From: Terriglobia bacterium
Lineage (GTDB): Bacteria; Acidobacteriota; Terriglobia; 20CM-2-55-15
Assembly: GCA_965218585.1 (NCBI GenBank)
Contig: CBDCLE010000019.1
Span: forward strand, 64,001 to 128,000
DNA length: 64,000 nucleotides
Direction of reading: 5' to 3'
The notes under the pieces are model-generated. The model made no database searches. It was not told the origin of the DNA and worked only from the letters and a program-made list of their open reading frames with translations. The first letter of the stretch is position 1. Each line of letters starts with the position of its first letter. Below, piece after piece: positions 31,237 to 40,610 of the stretch. Position numbers and translations under genes: made by a program.

Positions 31237-33714
31237 GTCTCGAGCGACTCCTCCATGACCTTCTCGACATACTCGGTAGGATCAACCCTCAGGACCGCTC
31301 CTGTTGGACAGGATTCTACGCATGCGGCCCGCTTACCGTTTGCACCGGGCCCTGCGGGAAGGTTCGAACAAAGGTCGCACTTTACGGTCAGTTTTTTTCT
31401 TCCTCGCTCCCCGCCGTTCGAGCCTCTCCAGCACCAAAGAAGAGACGCATGAGGAGATTGGGCGGGGGCGTCGGATCAACGGCGGCCATCTGGATCACGT
31501 CATAGGGACAGTTCGTCGCACAGTTTCCGCAACCAATGCAGTTGTCCATGATGTAGACTTCGCCGCTCGGTTTGCGACGGATCGCGTCGGGCGGGCAGTC
31601 CATCATGCACTTGGGATTCTCGCAGTGGCGACAGGAGGTCGGGATGTGCAGGGTGGCAAAAGTCGGCCCGGCCTCGCGGTCAAGACGTGACACACCACCA
31701 TGAGTCCCGGCGCAAGCCTTTTCGCAGTTGTCGCAACGGATGCAGAGCGACTCGTCTACGAGCAGAATGTCTGTGGCTTCACCGGCTCCCGCTTCCATCA
31801 GGAACTCGACGATGCCTCCGGCCCGCCGGTCGGAACTGCGAAGAGCGTTTTCGATCAAACGCTCGTTGGCCGTCTTCTTCTGCTCCCGATGGATTTCGGG
31901 GTGACGTTCATGAAAGCTGGCGATTGTGCGGGCAGGCAGACGGATGGTTTCGGTCAGGACGCTTGCCTGAACCGTCGCGTTTCTCCTGGCATCCGGAGCA
32001 AAGAAGGCCATCTCGCCGACCACGTTGCCCGCAGGAAGGTAGGCCAGGACCTGCCTCTCCTGATCCTTCAATCGCCAGACCGTCACCGATCCCCGGCGAA
32101 TCAGATGTAAACCGTTGTTGGGATCGCCCTCGTGGAAGAGTTCTTCTCCCTTCTTATAGGTTTCCACCATCTCTTATAGGTTTCCACCATCGCCTGAGCC
32201 GCTAACTCCTGCAGTTCTTCCACCAGCACATCCGGCGCCAGCCCGGTCTGGAGTTTCCTGCGAACGAATACCTCATCGATTATGTTGTCCACTTCCGGCA
32301 CCGAACTCTTCAGCCTGATCATCGATAAGCGCGGCGTCTCGATCAGAACGCACTGGTCCCCGGCAATCACTGTCGAGGATCTCCTACGGCCGGAGATCAA
32401 GCTCATCTCGCCAAAGAACTCGCCTTCCCCCAGAACGAATTTTTGCTGCGTGGGTAGGGAGTCGGGGAGCCGGTCGATGTCGGTGTCGGCATCGGAGGGC
32501 GGTGCCACGATCTGGACCCTGCCTCGCAGGATGGAATAGAAGCTATCGCTGTAATCATTGCGCTCGAATATGACCTCGCCTTCCGAAGGGGAGTGAATCG
32601 TCGAGTCCACAAGAAACTCGCGGAGCTGAATCCGGGTGATGTTACTGAAGATGGGAAGCTTCCGACCGATCTCTTCAAGAATGGAATCAACGCTTACCTC
32701 GAGAGTCCCGAAAACGTTTTCTAGTAGAGGCTCGTCAGCGGGAGTCACTGGATTTCCCAGTATCTGCTCAACGACTTCGTAGCCCTGGTTAACGCAGTTC
32801 TTGATCAGCGGATAGCCGGCCACAGCACCGATCAGATACAGGCCGGCCACGTTGGACTCATAACGGTCCGAGATGACGGGCGCGGCGGCCGGGTCCGGTG
32901 TAGGGAACTCGATGTTCAGACTCTCCAGAAATTTGCGGGGAGCGACGGCTCCCAGTCGACCAATGACGAGACTCGCCTCCACCCGCACCTCGCCGTCAGA
33001 CGTCTCCAGAACAATGTGATCCTCCTCGATCCTCTTGGGTCGTGAGGTGGGATAGTGGGTGATCTCACCCGACTCGATAGCCGCTTCAATCAGAGCACGG
33101 TTCTTCGGTTTCGCCTTGGGAAACTCCTCGCCCCGGTTAACAATCGAAACGTCGTTCTGTTGGGCCAGAGCCAGCGCGTTTTCGATACCCGCATCGCCGA
33201 CTCCGACGACGACGATTTGCCGGCCTTGGAACGCCGCCGGATCGTCAAGCTGGTACGCGACATGGGGCCGTCCCTGGCCCGGCACTCCGAACTTGCGCAA
33301 GTTGCCCTGGACACCAAAGGCAAGAACTGCGTTTCTGGACTTCAGGCGTTCGCCGTTCTTCAGGATCAGGGTGAAGAGGCCATCAGAAGTCTCGAGACCT
33401 GCGAGTTCGACACCCGGATCGCAAACCAGATTCGTTCCTGCTGCCTGGGTTTGCACCCGCCATGTCTCCAGAACCTCTTCCCGACTACCCTCCGCGAAGC
33501 CGAGGGCCATGTCCGAGTGTAACTGAAGCCTGGACGGCTCGGCCATGACCAGCTTGCCTTTCTGATACCGGAAGACCGTTTCGGCAAGGTTTCCCCGCTC
33601 GAGTACGATATGGGAAACGCCTCGTCTGGCTGCCTGGGCACCCGCAGCGAGGCCTGCGGGCCCTCCGCCGACTATAGCAATCTCGAAAGTTTTCTGGATA
33701 TCAGTCTCCTGCAT
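31233..33714 (-). pseudogene. FAD/NAD(P)H oxidoreductase (TrxB/YpdA-like) + two cNMP-binding domains + NrfC/DmsB-like 4x[4Fe-4S] domain; broken at 32152-32191 and near 31395
   Basis: IVGGGPAG, VVGVGDAGIE; FFGEMSLISGRRRSSTV and VVGEMAFF..RRNATV; CIRCDNCEKAC, CRHCENPKC..DCP, CIGCGNCATNCP, KCDLC..ACVESCP; restored stop overlaps the next ATG (ATGA 31233-31236). Confidence 0.88.
32152..32191. repeat. Perfect 20-bp tandem duplication TCTTATAGGTTTCCACCATC x2
   Basis: Units at 32152-32171 and 32172-32191; causes the frameshift (MVETYK appears in both ORFs). Confidence 0.95.
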
Positions 33715-35059
33715 CCCCGGCCTCTAAAACAGATTCCTCGCCCCCAGTCGCTCGAGATCGCTGCTCCAGGAAACCGGAAACCAACCACGCCAGCCCTCCA
33801 AGGACCAGGGCAAAGATCAACCAACCCAACACCATCGTTACCAGCGAAGCACTCAACTCGGGCCATGGGTACTGACCCAGTACAGCACCACGATCAACCA
33901 TCCAGTGCCATGCCGTATGGGCCACCAGCACCGAGAGCACGATGATTCCGATGCGTTCGGTTACCACGTACCGGAACAGCAATGCCAGAGCCGGTATGAA
34001 CAGCGCGAGAACGAAGAGCTGCCCCAGTTCTACACCGACATTGAACGACACAAGGGAGCCGAGAAGGTGTGATCCGGCAAACTGCAGGGTTTCCCGGAGC
34101 GCAAATGAGAATCCGAAGCCGTGAATCAGTCCGAAACCAAGCGTGATCATCCACCGGCGTTCTACGTTCTTTGCGACGATGTTCTCGATCGCCATGTAGA
34201 CAATCGACATCGCGATGAGCGTTTCTACCAGCGGAGGAAACCATAGTGATGTTGGCGCGAGACCATACGCAGAAGCTATGAGCGTGATCGAGTGGGCAAA
34301 GGTAAAGGACGTGACCACGAGCAGGAGCGAGCGAAAACGGCGAATCGGAATCACGAGACACAACAGGAAGAGCAGATGGTCGATCCCGTCCAGAATGTGG
34401 AGGAATCCGAACCCTACAAACCGAGCCGCAGCCTGGTGCCACCGGGGATCGAGTGTGACGACGCCCGGATCGCCCAGAACTTCGAAGGCACGGACGGCAT
34501 CGCTCGGGAGCATGAATCGAATGACGGTAAGCACCTCGAGTCCCAGTCGCTCCAATCCTGGCCGTATGGAAAACTCGGACTGATCCGATTGAATCGGGTA
34601 CTCGAGCGCAACGTCGAGCATGGCCTGTTGCCAGAACAGGTCGACGTTTTCGTCCAACCGGAGGCCCGTGATGTGTTCCCGGGCCGTCTGGTAGGAGGCA
34701 AACGAAGGGTCCGACGGCAAGGACACACGTGCAGCTACTATCGCCGGGATGGGAAGACGGTCACCGTCCTCGTAGATCTCGATGTCGTTGGCAAGCCACA
34801 GCGTTGTGGCGTTCTGCAGCAGAGTGTCGATTCCCCTCAGTTCCAGGTAACCGGGTCCTCGGGTCGGCCAATTAATGTCGACCATGGCCTCCAGGGGAAC
34901 CCGTATCAAGACATTCAGCTTCTGCCCTTCGGGCTTGATCCATGCCTGAACCGTCACGTCGCTGGGTATTTCGTGGGCGAGAACTTCCAACGGCAGCAAC
35001 AGAACGATCAATGCCACGAGAAGACCAATTGGCCATCCTCTTCTGACTCGATTAATCAT
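33701..35059 (-). CDS. HupE/UreJ-family membrane protein with a periplasmic N-terminal domain
   Basis: Signal ending VLA-HE; GFLHILDGIDHLLF, FTFAHSITL, FGLIHGFGF, FNVGVELGQ. Confidence 0.85.
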   Translation of the reverse strand: MINRVRRGWPIGLLVALIVLLLPLEVLAHEIPSDVTVQAWIKPEGQKLNVLIRVPLEAMVDINWPTRGPGYLELRGIDTLLQNATTLWLANDIEIYEDGDRLPIPAIVAARVSLPSDPSFASYQTAREHITGLRLDENVDLFWQQAMLDVALEYPIQSDQSEFSIRPGLERLGLEVLTVIRFMLPSDAVRAFEVLGDPGVVTLDPRWHQAAARFVGFGFLHILDGIDHLLFLLCLVIPIRRFRSLLLVVTSFTFAHSITLIASAYGLAPTSLWFPPLVETLIAMSIVYMAIENIVAKNVERRWMITLGFGLIHGFGFSFALRETLQFAGSHLLGSLVSFNVGVELGQLFVLALFIPALALLFRYVVTERIGIIVLSVLVAHTAWHWMVDRGAVLGQYPWPELSASLVTMVLGWLIFALVLGGLAWLVSGFLEQRSRATGGEESVLEAGDAGD

Positions 35060-35217
35060 CTATGTAGAGGGAGGGTAATGAGATCAGCCGTGACCTGACA
35101 AGCGAAAAGCGAACGATTTAATCTTAGGCTCACTAAACCAAGGTGTATATACTGGCGCCCTCAGAACCACATCCTGGTTCCTTGATTTGTCCAGACTTGC
35201 TCGATAGAGGGGGGATC

Positions 35218-36402
35218 ATGCAAAAGTCGATACCTTACATTGTCATAACCTGCGTCGCGGCGTTCGCCGTGGCTGGTTGTGCCGGGGAAACCGCTGTCGA
35301 GGGTACGGCGACCGACCAAGTCGCTTCGGGGCCCCAGGCACCCATGTTCGAAGTGGATCCATTGTGGCCTAAGCCTTTGCCCAACCACTGGATCCTGGGT
35401 TCAACCATCGGCGTATCGGTCGATTCGCGGGATCACATCTGGGTGATTCACCGGCAAACAACTTTCAACGCGGGTACCGAAATCGGCGCCACTGCAGACC
35501 CTCCCATCGGCGTGTGTTGCGTTCCCGCCCCAAACGTTCTGGAATTTGATCAGGAAGGAAACCTGGTCAGCTACTGGGGTGGTCCCGGCGAAGGATACGA
35601 GTGGCCCGCATCCAATCACGGGATAACCGTCGATCACATGGACAACGTATGGATCGGCGGCAACGGCGAACCTGACGCGCATCTCCTGAAGTTCGCCCGC
35701 GATGGAACGTTTCTGATGCAGTTGGGACGCTCCGGTGGCAACGCCGGCAGCAATGACCTGGAAAATTTCGGACGCGTGGCCAAGATCTCGGTCGACCCGA
35801 ACACGAACGAGGCCTATATCGCTGATGGCTACCTCAACAAACGTGTCGCCGTCATCGATGCCAGCACTGGAGAGTTCAAGAGATACTGGGGCGCCTACGG
35901 TAACATGCCTGATGATACCGATCTGGGCCCCTACGATCCGGATGCGCCTCCCGCCCAACAATTTCGCACTCCGGTCCATTGCGCCGAGATCTCAAACGAC
36001 AACTTTGTCTACGTCTGCGACCGCGTGAATAATCGCATCCAGCAGTTCGGGACCGACGGCACGTTCGTTGACGAGGTAATCATCGCGCCGCAGACGCTCG
36101 GCGCGGGTTCGGCATGGGATCTCACGTTCTCGAGAGATCCGGAACAGTCTTATATCTATATGGTCGACGGCGTAAACGAAAAGGTCTACATCATCCAGCG
36201 CGACACACTCGAAGTCCTGACCAGCTTCGGCGACGGTGGACGATATCCCGGACAGTTTTTCGGCGTGCACAGCGTTGCCACCGATGCGGCCGGCAACATC
36301 TATACGACCGAAACTTACGAAGGAAAACGTCTGCAGAAATTCGTCTACATGGGTATGGGGCCCGTCACTGAACAGGATCAGGGCGTCGTCTGGCCGGAAT
36401 AG
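35218..36402 (+). CDS. NHL-repeat beta-propeller lipoprotein (PAL-like)
   Basis: Lipobox VAGC, FEVDPLWPKPLP, HGITVD, YIADGYLNKRV, VYVCDRVNNRIQ, HSVATDAAGNIYTTE. Confidence 0.8.
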   Translation: MQKSIPYIVITCVAAFAVAGCAGETAVEGTATDQVASGPQAPMFEVDPLWPKPLPNHWILGSTIGVSVDSRDHIWVIHRQTTFNAGTEIGATADPPIGVCCVPAPNVLEFDQEGNLVSYWGGPGEGYEWPASNHGITVDHMDNVWIGGNGEPDAHLLKFARDGTFLMQLGRSGGNAGSNDLENFGRVAKISVDPNTNEAYIADGYLNKRVAVIDASTGEFKRYWGAYGNMPDDTDLGPYDPDAPPAQQFRTPVHCAEISNDNFVYVCDRVNNRIQQFGTDGTFVDEVIIAPQTLGAGSAWDLTFSRDPEQSYIYMVDGVNEKVYIIQRDTLEVLTSFGDGGRYPGQFFGVHSVATDAAGNIYTTETYEGKRLQKFVYMGMGPVTEQDQGVVWPE

Positions 36403-36441
36403 ACCAGGAACGCCTGGATTCGCCGCTGAACCGGAGGAAGT

Positions 36442-38044
36442 ATGAACCCTAAAATGGGCCGGCGGACCTTTGTCCGGATGGCCGGCACGGCCGGAGCCGT
36501 CCTGGCCTCCGGGGGATGGGAACTCGCACACGGACAACAAGGGACCGCACTTGCGGCGCCAGGGCCGGATGCCGGAGAACGCGAACTGGTTTTGCTTGCC
36601 TTGGACGCCATCAAATCGGCCGGCGCCGCCTATGCCGACGTTCGGATTACCAGGCGGGATTGGGAATCGGTCAACACGCGTGAAAGACAGATCACCAGCG
36701 TCAACAACAACGAAAGTTATGGAATCGGGGTGCGGGCGCTCGTCGGAGGCTCCTGGGGATTTGCAGCAACTCAGGACCTCAGTGAAGCTGCTGTCGTCAG
36801 GGCCGCACGCGAAGCTGCGGCTGTGGCAGCCGCGAATGACCGTATCAATCCTGTCGAGACTGTCCTCGCTCCTGTCGAGGTCGTCGCCGACGGACGCTGG
36901 ATCACTCCGTACGAAATAGATCCCCTGGCGGTGTCGATCGAAGAAAAGGCCGAGCTGCTCTTCCGAACCAACGAGGAAGCCTTGAAAGTCGATGGCGTTC
37001 GCTTCGTAACGTCCGGCGTTTCCTCAGTGAGAGAAAGTCGATTGCTCGGTACAACAGACGGTTCGATGATTCAGCAGACTTTCTTCCGATTGCTTCCCTA
37101 CGTCAACGTTACTGCTGTTTCGAGCGATAATTCTGATTTTCAGAACCGGGATGCGGCGCTCTCACCTATGGGCAGCGGCTGGGAATATATTGTCGACCTT
37201 CAGCTACCCGAAAACGCTCTCCGCTGGGCCGAAGAGGCTGCGCGAAAGCTGACGGCCCCATCGGTAGAGCCCGGGGAATGGGATCTGGTCCTGGACCCGT
37301 CCCATTTGTGGCTGACGCTCCACGAATCGATCGGTCATCCGACGGAACTGGACCGTGCGGTGGGCTATGAGGCCAACTACGCAGGGACTTCCTTCCTCTC
37401 GCCACCTGAAGACGTTCTCAACAAATTCCAATACGGTCCGGAGTTCATGAACGTCGTTGGCAACCGAACCGAACTGGGTGGGTGCGCCACCTGCGGATGG
37501 GACGATGAAGGCGTTCCCGCAGGCAACTGGCCGATGATCGATAAAGGAATCTTCCGTCAACTACCAGACAACCCGCGAGTCGGCAGCGTGGATCTCGGAT
37601 CTAACGAACGTTTCAGACAGCCTGGGATGTTCCTATGGAGAGGGTTGGTGGGCTGTTCCCTTCCAGCGGATGCCGAACATCAGCCTGATGCCTAACGAAG
37701 AAAACATCAGCGAGGAGGAAGTCATCGCGGCAACCGATCGCGGAATCTATATCGAAGGGCGGGGCTCCTACTCGATCGACCAGCAGCGGTACAACTTTCA
37801 GTTTGGTGGGCAGAGTTTCTGGGAGATACGAGACGGCCGGCGCGGCCGCATGCTTCGCGATGTGGGATATCAGGCGCGCACACCGGACTTCTGGAATTCG
37901 ATGGCCCTGCTGGGAGGAGAACAGACCTACGAACTCGGCGCCACGTTCAACGATGGCAAGGGCCAGCCACCACAGGCCAACGCAGTCTCACATGGATGCC
38001 CGGTTGCCCTGTTCAGAAACGTCAACGTCATCAACACGGCATAA
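36442..38044 (+). pseudogene. tldD: TldD-family metalloprotease with a Tat signal; +1 frameshift near 37555
   Basis: GRRTFVRM twin-arginine, YADVRI, LHESIGHPTELDR, WDDEG; continues in another frame as FVNYQTTRE...QRMPN...GKGQP; could be a sequencing error. Confidence 0.85.
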
Positions 38045-38048
38045 GACG

Positions 38049-39410
38049 ATGCAGATTGAAAATACGGAAAGGCACGGCCTGTCATCAGATGAAGCACGTG
38101 AGTTAAGTCAGCGCATCCTCGGCTTTGCGCAGGCAGACAACACACGCGTAAATGTTTTCTCCGGAATTCGAGGGTTCACGCGCACCGCAGTCAACCGTGT
38201 AACGACTGCCGGGACTTCTGACGACACGACAGTGCGTATCACAAGCGTCTTCGGAAAACGCGTCGCCTCGGCAGATACAAACCAACTCGACGACACGTCC
38301 CTTGAGCGCGCAGTCGCCCAGTCTGAAGCACTCGCCCGTATTTCCCCGGAAGACCCTGAATATCTTCCCGAGTTGGGAGAGCAGGCGTTTCGGGAAGTGG
38401 ATGGTTATTACGCCAGTACCGGCGATCTGACCACGGAGTCGCGCGCCCGTGCCGCCTCCTCTGCAATCGACATCGTCGAAGAGTCGGATTCGGTAGCCGC
38501 CGGTTTCATCGATGTGAGGGCCGGCTCGGAGGCCATCGCGACATCGAACGGACTGTTCGGTTACCATTCGCAGACCAATGTGGCGTCAAGTCTGACAGTT
38601 CGAACGCCTGACGGCGGATCTTCCGGGTGGGCCGGCGACGAGGGTGCAGACTGGTCGTCGATCGATTCCGAACGAATCGCCGAAGATGCCGTCCAAAAGT
38701 GCCAGGACTGGCGTAACCCGACGCCGCTGGAGCCCGGCTTCTACGATGTCATTCTGGAACCGACGGCCGTCGGCAATCTGATGGTATTGATGATGAGGTC
38801 TTTCGGCGCGCGGCAGGCCGACGAGGGCCGAAGCTTCTTTTCCGGATTGGGCGGCGGCAACCGTCTGGGCGAGGAACTGTTCGACGAGCGTATAACGATC
38901 GTCAGCGACCCGGCCGAACCCAACAGCGAAACCCCGCCGTTCAGCCGAAGCGGATTGCCTGTGGGGCGCAACGTCTGGGTAGAAAATGGCGAATTGAAAA
39001 CTCTCTCATACTCCAGGTTCTGGGCTGAGGAGAAGGAGGTGGCGCCACGGCCGTTAGCTTCGAACCTCGTCATGTCCGGCGGAGATGCAACGCTCGAGGA
39101 CATGATTCGCGACACCCAACGCGGCGTTCTGATCACGCGCTTCTGGTACATTCGCAGCCTGAACCCGAGAACGATCGCCTACACGGGACTGACCCGGGAC
39201 GGCACGTTCCTGATTCAGGACGGACAGATTACCCGACCCGTCAATAACTTCCGCTTCAATCAGTCTCTCACCGACATGCTCGCCAGCATCGAGATGCTGG
39301 GCCGTCCCACACGTGTTTCGGCCTTCGGAGACGCTCAGAGCCCACCGATCGTCGTCCCTCCGCTTAAAGTCAGAAACTTTCAGCTCTCAAGCGTAAGTGA
39401 AGCAGTCTGA
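38049..39410 (+). CDS. TldE/PmbA-family protein
   Basis: LEPGFYDVILEP.AV, GRSFF, GVLITRFWY, TGLTRDG, VNNFRFN; no HExxH; directly follows tldD. Confidence 0.88.
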   Translation: MQIENTERHGLSSDEARELSQRILGFAQADNTRVNVFSGIRGFTRTAVNRVTTAGTSDDTTVRITSVFGKRVASADTNQLDDTSLERAVAQSEALARISPEDPEYLPELGEQAFREVDGYYASTGDLTTESRARAASSAIDIVEESDSVAAGFIDVRAGSEAIATSNGLFGYHSQTNVASSLTVRTPDGGSSGWAGDEGADWSSIDSERIAEDAVQKCQDWRNPTPLEPGFYDVILEPTAVGNLMVLMMRSFGARQADEGRSFFSGLGGGNRLGEELFDERITIVSDPAEPNSETPPFSRSGLPVGRNVWVENGELKTLSYSRFWAEEKEVAPRPLASNLVMSGGDATLEDMIRDTQRGVLITRFWYIRSLNPRTIAYTGLTRDGTFLIQDGQITRPVNNFRFNQSLTDMLASIEMLGRPTRVSAFGDAQSPPIVVPPLKVRNFQLSSVSEAV

Positions 39411-39431
39411 CCGGCAACGAGGGAAGTTCCG

Positions 39432-40511
39432 TCAACAGCGATCCGCGACATCAGCCGCAGCCGATAGAGCGCGACTCCTGGCCGCAAACTGTGTGGGGAC
39501 GTCACCCGCGCAAGGCAGAGTCTGGATCATCGGACTGTCATCGAGTGCATTCAATTCGATCGGGTCGGCCTGTAGCTTGAGATGCGCGAAAAGCGGCCGT
39601 CCACCACCGTCGATAGGGCGCAGATAGTCTTGGCTGCGAACTGCCGGCAAGAGCTTCAAACTCACCGAGCCGCGCACGTTACCACCAATCGCAAGAATTC
39701 GCCCGTCGGATTCGTCCAGTTTCACTACGATGTCACAGTGTGTCCGTGCACCGGCGCCGATCTGTCTGCGCCGTTCCGCGATGGTCTGATAGGCAGGCCG
39801 GCGGCCACTGCAGAGCAGGTCGCCTGGCTCGATAGCCGTATCGCCAACGTCGTATGCGACGAACGCCGCTCCGGTCGCAACGCCGTCACGGGCGCGGATG
39901 GCCTGGTCGATATATGTATGGTGGGCAATGGCGCGGCGGAACTGATCTCTATCGCCCAATCCACCTTCGCACATCACCCATGAAACGAAGGCAGCGGACC
40001 ACGGATCGCGCCATCTTGCCGCAACACCGTTACGCCCATTCCATGCAGCGTTCTGCCGGTCGAGAATCCAGGCGCCGTCCGGAGTGACCGCCCAGTAACC
40101 GGCGATTGAATCCGCGACCCGGGCCGATTCGACCGGGTCCCGACGCCGAAACCGACGTCGAGAATCTACTCCACTCACGCCAACCGTAAACTGAGGTCGC
40201 TCCTCAACCCTCGTCTGGTCGACGATCGTAAACCCAAAAAATCCCCATTCCTGCACCGCAATGTCGACGATCCGGCGACGGGTATCTCCAGTGGGAAGAA
40301 TCTCGCATGAGGTCCGCCGGATCGACATCTCTCCCGGCGCACCCTCGACCCGGTCCGTAGGAGGTGCCGCACCGAACTGTTCGGGAGGCAGCCGATCGAA
40401 AGGTGTTTCTTGCGCGTACCCGTTTAGTCCAAAGGGGACAAGCGTCAGCACGGCCAACAGTGAAAGAACCATCCTCAATATGAGTCTCCCCGATTCATTT
40501 TCGTCGAGCAT
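39432..40511 (-). CDS. DUF2272 (CHAP-like) secreted protein; start uncertain
   Basis: AVQEWGFFG, YW, PWSAAFVSWVM, HCDIVV, IGGNV. Confidence 0.75.
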   Translation of the reverse strand: MLDENESGRLILRMVLSLLAVLTLVPFGLNGYAQETPFDRLPPEQFGAAPPTDRVEGAPGEMSIRRTSCEILPTGDTRRRIVDIAVQEWGFFGFTIVDQTRVEERPQFTVGVSGVDSRRRFRRRDPVESARVADSIAGYWAVTPDGAWILDRQNAAWNGRNGVAARWRDPWSAAFVSWVMCEGGLGDRDQFRRAIAHHTYIDQAIRARDGVATGAAFVAYDVGDTAIEPGDLLCSGRRPAYQTIAERRRQIGAGARTHCDIVVKLDESDGRILAIGGNVRGSVSLKLLPAVRSQDYLRPIDGGGRPLFAHLKLQADPIELNALDDSPMIQTLPCAGDVPTQFAARSRALSAAADVADRC

Positions 40512-40610
40512 GGTAGCGCATTTTCGGCTTTCCACCGCGTTTATCAGGAAATTCTTTACACAACGGCGCAGAACCGGTAAGGCGGCCCTTTCGACTTCTG
40601 CCACAGGCTG

